This document shows positions 17,369 through 20,000 of a stretch of 20,000 nt of DNA, in pieces. Positions within the stretch are counted from its first letter, which is position 1, and each line of letters begins with the position of its first letter. A program made the position numbers and the translations under genes. The notes under the pieces are model-generated. The model searched no databases, was not told where the DNA came from, and saw only the letters and a list, made by a program, of their open reading frames with translations. Source of the stretch: an uncultured virus (IMG/VR IMGVR_UViG_3300008110_000081) (lineage: Duplodnaviria > Heunggongvirae > Uroviricota > Caudoviricetes); the IMG/VR virus record IMGVR_UViG_3300008110_000081. One strand, given 5' to 3'.

Positions 17369-18289
17369 TTAATAACTTACAAGCATATCAATAAGTTCTT
17401 GTTGCGGGAACATATCAACTTTACCTTTCTGAACATTAGTGTGAGTCCATAGACCTTTAGTTTTTGCGCACATTGTCTCATCACATGTATCAAAAGCTTT
17501 ATGAGCACCAGCCGACCTAATCAACTCAGGTAGTCCTTTTCTAACATCAATCCCATCACGTTCTCCTATAAACAAGATAAGCTTTTTAAGATTCTCAATT
17601 TGTTTATTAGAGTATCTATGCCAGAACTCATACCCACGGAAAGCTTTACTTAATCTAACAACTTGTTCAGGAGCAGCTTCAACACCCACGTAAGTATAAA
17701 ACGAGTTTGGTTTTAAAGCAATCCATCTGCCATCCTTCTTGTAACCACCTTTAGTAAGCTGACCAAAGTTACACACTTCAATACCAATTGAGTTTTTATG
17801 CATAACATTATTACCAGTACCTAGATGCCAGGCATAACCACTACGAGGAAATGACTGCACGATAACTCCATCAGACTTAACTTCATCACCTTTAATAGAC
17901 TGACCGCCTAGAACAAACTCAGTTGCTACAGGACCACGAGTATCTTTACCCCATTGAGTAATAGTATTAAAAGGATCATGCCAGCCGGCAGTATGATGTA
18001 GAAACAACCACTCTTTCTTAGTAGGCCCAGCTAGATACTCACCAGTAGGAAGATGTAATCTCTTAATTTCAAGAGAAGACTCTTTCTTTTCAGACAAGTC
18101 CGTTGTGATGTACCCCATCTTAGTCATAGTATCAGTACCAACAATCCCATCCGGCGTTAACCCGTGGGTTAATTGCCAAGCCCTAACCTTAAGCTCAGTA
18201 CCTGAACCAAAGATACCATCATCTTTAACATTTAAAAATTTCTGTAACTGCTTTACATGCTCACCAGTAGATCCAAATCTTAAAACCAT
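17369..18289 (-). CDS. Endolysin: peptidoglycan-binding domain plus N-acetylmuramoyl-L-alanine amidase (306 aa)
   Basis: LRFGSTGEHVKQLQ...DGIFG..T...V..WQ...GL.PDGIVG..T (PG_binding_1) and Amidase_2 motifs LHHTAG, AWHLG, SIGIEVCN, HTNV..K.D..P. Start moved from 18334 to 18289 because the longer extension overlaps the promoter at 18304-18335. Confidence 0.9.
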   Translation of the reverse strand: MVLRFGSTGEHVKQLQKFLNVKDDGIFGSGTELKVRAWQLTHGLTPDGIVGTDTMTKMGYITTDLSEKKESSLEIKRLHLPTGEYLAGPTKKEWLFLHHTAGWHDPFNTITQWGKDTRGPVATEFVLGGQSIKGDEVKSDGVIVQSFPRSGYAWHLGTGNNVMHKNSIGIEVCNFGQLTKGGYKKDGRWIALKPNSFYTYVGVEAAPEQVVRLSKAFRGYEFWHRYSNKQIENLKKLILFIGERDGIDVRKGLPELIRSAGAHKAFDTCDETMCAKTKGLWTHTNVQKGKVDMFPQQELIDMLVSY

Positions 18290-18303
18290 AATAATTTTTT
18301 TTG

Positions 18304-18335
18304 CTAATATACACACTATAAGAGACATAAACAAA
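18304..18335 (-). promoter_or_regulatory. Endolysin promoter TTTG-N20-TATATTAG
   Basis: Minus strand TTTG-tttatgtctcttatagtgtg-TATATTAG, followed by an A-rich 14-nt stretch and the ATG. Confidence 0.7.
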
Positions 18336-18359
18336 AATCCCCAGAATTATCCAGGGATT
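18329..18359 (-). terminator. Intrinsic terminator (minus strand)
   Basis: AATCCCTGGA-TAAT-TCTGGGGATT stem-loop (10 bp including two G-U pairs) followed by TTTGTTT. Confidence 0.65.
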
Positions 18360-18408
18360 ATTGTAGAAAAAAAATCAAGCAAACAATAGAGAATCTCTAT
18401 ATGAAGTA

Positions 18409-18416
18409 CAAATATA
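18409..18416 (-). promoter_or_regulatory. -7 promoter element TATATTTG with weak -33
   Basis: Perfect TAnnTTTG (gTATATTTGtac) in non-coding DNA; the -33 position is only a T-tract. Confidence 0.5.
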
Positions 18417-18512
18417 CACAACGCTTTTTAATAAAAAAATTTTGGAGTATAAAAAAACAAGATGAGTGTTAGTTTGAGTGGTATATGAAAATCATATGTG
18501 TATTAGTTTGAG

Positions 18513-18563
18513 GGGGGTCTATTATAACAGGCCCCCGGCAAAACTTCCAGAGTGGGGTACCCC
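18513..18563. other. GC-rich hairpin and palindrome at the strand switch (possible terminus/packaging or origin element)
   Basis: GGGGGTCT-attataac-AGGCCCCC (18513-18536) and the perfect palindrome GGGGTACCCC (18554-18563) in otherwise AT-rich non-coding DNA. The function is inferred. Confidence 0.45.
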
Positions 18564-18670
18564 CTAGGCAAATTATTACAGCGTTTCAAATCCAGGGTGA
18601 GTATATAAAAGAATTCTTTTTGCTAGAAAATGTTGATGGGTCTAGGTTACTGAAGGAATGATGGTGATGC

Positions 18671-18749
18671 TACATGTCTTTCTTCCTTGTCATCATACGT
18701 TACATGTCACAGGTCAACCTCATCACTACTACATGTCACTGATCAACTA
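18671..18749. repeat. Degenerate ~30-nt tandem repeat with TACATGTC core
   Basis: TACATGTC at 18671, 18701 and 18730; the units catcatacgttacatgtcacaggtcaacct and catcactactacatgtcactgatcaacta align. Confidence 0.8.
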
Positions 18750-18757
18750 GATGTTTA

Positions 18758-18780
18758 TATTATATTAGGCCTTTCCTTGT
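18758..18780 (+). promoter_or_regulatory. Repeated upstream motif, copy 1 (candidate early promoter)
   Basis: TATTATA-ttag-GCCTTTCCTTGT, 31 nt before the ATG at 18812. Confidence 0.6.
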
Positions 18781-18811
18781 GCTTGCCTACTAACCAATAG
18801 GTACTATAGCC

Positions 18812-19078
18812 ATGTATACATTACGTTACAGATCATCACAACATCCAGAGTCATTAAAGGTTATTGAGTTTCATCTATATGATGCAGCTCTACAACATGC
18901 AGTTAATCTACATTACGTAGGCATTAGAGGTAGATATCAATTCTGGGATATCACTCTTGATGGAGAACACGTTGACTGGAAAGAAGCTGAGATATTCTTA
19001 GCTTACAAAGCGGATCTTGAGAGAAGACAAGACTTCATTGAAATGAGAAGCTCTGAAGCCGATGAATTACCCTTCTAG
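18812..19078 (+). CDS. Small early hypothetical protein (88 aa)
   Basis: Flanked by the motif upstream and a UUCG terminator downstream; ends in the acidic tail ADELPF. Confidence 0.75.
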   Translation: MYTLRYRSSQHPESLKVIEFHLYDAALQHAVNLHYVGIRGRYQFWDITLDGEHVDWKEAEIFLAYKADLERRQDFIEMRSSEADELPF

Positions 19079-19084
19079 TGATAT

Positions 19085-19107
19085 AGCCCTTCGGGGCTTT
19101 ATCTTTT
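19085..19107 (+). terminator. Intrinsic terminator
   Basis: AGCCC-TTCG-GGGCT followed by TTATCTTTT, 6 nt after the stop codon. Confidence 0.75.
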
Positions 19108-19153
19108 CCCACGTCACTCCGCTCCGCTTCGTTCCTATCAACTAGCTGTCTAG

Positions 19154-19181
19154 TATTATACCTGGGCCTTTCCTTGTCACT
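19154..19181 (+). promoter_or_regulatory. Repeated upstream motif, copy 2 (candidate early promoter)
   Basis: TATTATA-cctgg-GCCTTTCCTTGT-CACT; similarity to copy 1 extends upstream (ATCAACTAGnTGTnTA). Confidence 0.6.
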
Positions 19182-19184
19182 GCT

Positions 19185-19340
19185 ATGATCACAACTACCA
19201 TTAGCACTGAATTGTTCCAGGAACAAATCGTGCGCGTCCTTGCCGTAACGTATAACAACGGCACAAGTAAGCGTTACTTAAACGCAGAGGGTGTTCCATT
19301 CCACATTGTTTGGATACCTAAAGACAAGCAGGGTAAATAA
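19185..19340 (+). CDS. Small hypothetical protein (51 aa), absent from the ORF track
   Basis: MITTTISTELFQEQIVRVLAVTYNNGTSKRYLNAEGVPFHIVWIPKDKQGK*; fills the space between motif copy 2 and an 11-bp hairpin. Confidence 0.6.
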   Translation: MITTTISTELFQEQIVRVLAVTYNNGTSKRYLNAEGVPFHIVWIPKDKQGK

Positions 19341-19351
19341 CCTGCTTGTCT
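19322..19351 (+). other. Perfect 11-bp stem-loop over the stop codon (terminator or processing site)
   Basis: AGACAAGCAGG-gtaaataa-CCTGCTTGTCT; no strong U-tract. Confidence 0.55.
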
Positions 19352-19384
19352 ATTACTAATCATTAATCATTTAAAATTAAAACC

Positions 19385-19660
19385 ATGAGACACTTTCCAA
19401 ATTTCACAAAGACACAAGCAGCTGTGTTTAAACTTGCAGTATTGTATGTAGTAACAGCTATATGCTTCTTGTTCATTGCCTTCTCTTGTACTACAAGTAA
19501 GAAAGCTATCACAGGTAAAATTGATGCTTGCCCTAAATGGGTAAACAACATCAAGAACCCTGAGAATGAGGAGTTCGTAGTTGAGGTTGCATTCAACTTA
19601 AACAAGCCTGTTAGTCAGGTAACACAACAAGAATTTAATAACCGTTACTTAAACAATTAA
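19385..19660 (+). CDS. Small putative lipoprotein/membrane protein (91 aa)
   Basis: A-rich leader (aaaattaaaaccATG) and a hydrophobic stretch ending in the lipobox-like IAFS-C. Confidence 0.7.
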   Translation: MRHFPNFTKTQAAVFKLAVLYVVTAICFLFIAFSCTTSKKAITGKIDACPKWVNNIKNPENEEFVVEVAFNLNKPVSQVTQQEFNNRYLNN

Positions 19661-19664
19661 TATT

Positions 19665-19796
19665 ATGTTATCACTTATGTTAGGCTTTCCAGTAGCCATG
19701 TCAGACGACAAAAGCTGGACAGGTGCGCGTAAAGCTGTTGCTCTTGTATGGATTGCCATACTAGATGTACTTATCATCGCCGTATGCTGTATGTAA
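19665..19796 (+). CDS. Small membrane protein (43 aa), absent from the ORF track
   Basis: MLSLMLGFPVAMSDDKSWTGARKAVALVWIAILDVLIIAVCCM*; starts 4 nt after the previous stop and is followed by a hairpin. Confidence 0.55.
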   Translation: MLSLMLGFPVAMSDDKSWTGARKAVALVWIAILDVLIIAVCCM

Positions 19797-19803
19797 TTCG
19801 TGG

Positions 19804-19844
19804 TGAATAGCTGGGTGGGACACTAACGTGTCCTGCCCTATTCA
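19804..19844 (+). terminator. Stem-loop after the small ORFs (probable terminator/processing hairpin)
   Basis: TGAATA-gct-GGGTGGGACAC-taac-GTGTCCTGCCC-TATTCA followed by TCTTATT. Confidence 0.55.
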
Positions 19845-19927
19845 TCTTATTACAATGGTAAGTGGTTTTACTATCATCCTCACACACGCGCTCAAGGCTC
19901 GCTCCGCTCGCTCTCACCTTGTGGTCA

Positions 19928-19954
19928 TATTATATCAAGCCTTTCCTTGTCACT
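19928..19954 (+). promoter_or_regulatory. Repeated upstream motif, copy 3 (candidate early promoter)
   Basis: TATTATA-tcaa-GCCTTTCCTTGT-CACT; the 12-mer core ends 28 nt before the ATG at 19979. Confidence 0.6.
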
Positions 19955-19978
19955 AGTATTAACTTAAACCAATTCGCC

Positions 19979-20000
19979 ATGGCACAACCATTTAATGAGA
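19979..20000 (+). CDS. Probable start of the next early gene (MAQPFNE..., truncated)
   Basis: ATG after an A-rich leader downstream of motif copy 3; only 7 codons are visible. Confidence 0.4.

Noticed and set aside
2..18289. Stop-codon reassignment, known in some crAss-like phages
   Set aside because: Long genes are intact in the standard code and TGA serves as a stop at coupled junctions (4615, 5326, 5517). TAG is rare, but nothing here requires readthrough.
18290..18334. N-terminal hydrophobic extension (SAR/signal) on the endolysin, as in the ORF track
   Set aside because: The extension coincides with the promoter boxes and terminator tail, so the ATG at 18289 is the more plausible start.
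3770..18389. Plus-strand ORFs at 3770, 6306, 6952, 12889, 15596, 17107 and 18105, and the nested minus ORF 4397-4582
   Set aside because: All overlap well-supported minus-strand genes and have no independent signals.
19035..19605. Minus-strand ORFs 19035-19226 and 19363-19605
   Set aside because: They run antisense across plus-strand genes, terminators and the repeated motif.
18758..19954. Repeats as a CRISPR or mini-CRISPR array
   Set aside because: Spacing is about 400 and 770 nt with ORFs in between; the ~30-nt repeats at 18671-18749 have no unique spacers; no cas operon is present.
18400..20000. tRNA genes in the non-coding stretches
   Set aside because: No cloverleaf with a T-arm GTTCRA and matching acceptor stem was found by eye; tRNAscan-SE would settle it.

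Overview
AT-rich, gene-dense segment of a lytic dsDNA phage genome, most likely a crAss-like (Crassvirales-related) phage of a Bacteroidota host. From about 18.3 kb leftwards, the minus strand carries a late/structural region in this transcription order: endolysin; a block of tail-fibre/virion-decoration genes, three of which share an N-terminal module; holin-like genes and a probable unimolecular spanin; small DNA-binding and Zn-finger proteins; a PD-(D/E)XK nuclease; the terminase large subunit; and a portal gene that runs off the left edge and is missing from the ORF track. Five minus-strand intergenic gaps contain the Bacteroidota housekeeping promoter geometry TTTG-N20-TATATTnn, and three of them sit only 3 nt from the start codon. 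At about 18.4-18.75 kb there is a non-coding strand-switch region with a possible small RNA, GC-rich palindromes and ~30-nt tandem repeats. After it, plus-strand small-ORF cassettes are each preceded by a different, non-host-like motif (TATTATA-N4/5-GCCTTTCCTTGT), two of them with a template-strand GGA mini-hairpin upstream. I interpret this motif as a candidate phage-RNA-polymerase early promoter. All functional calls come from motif recognition by eye; no database searches were run.
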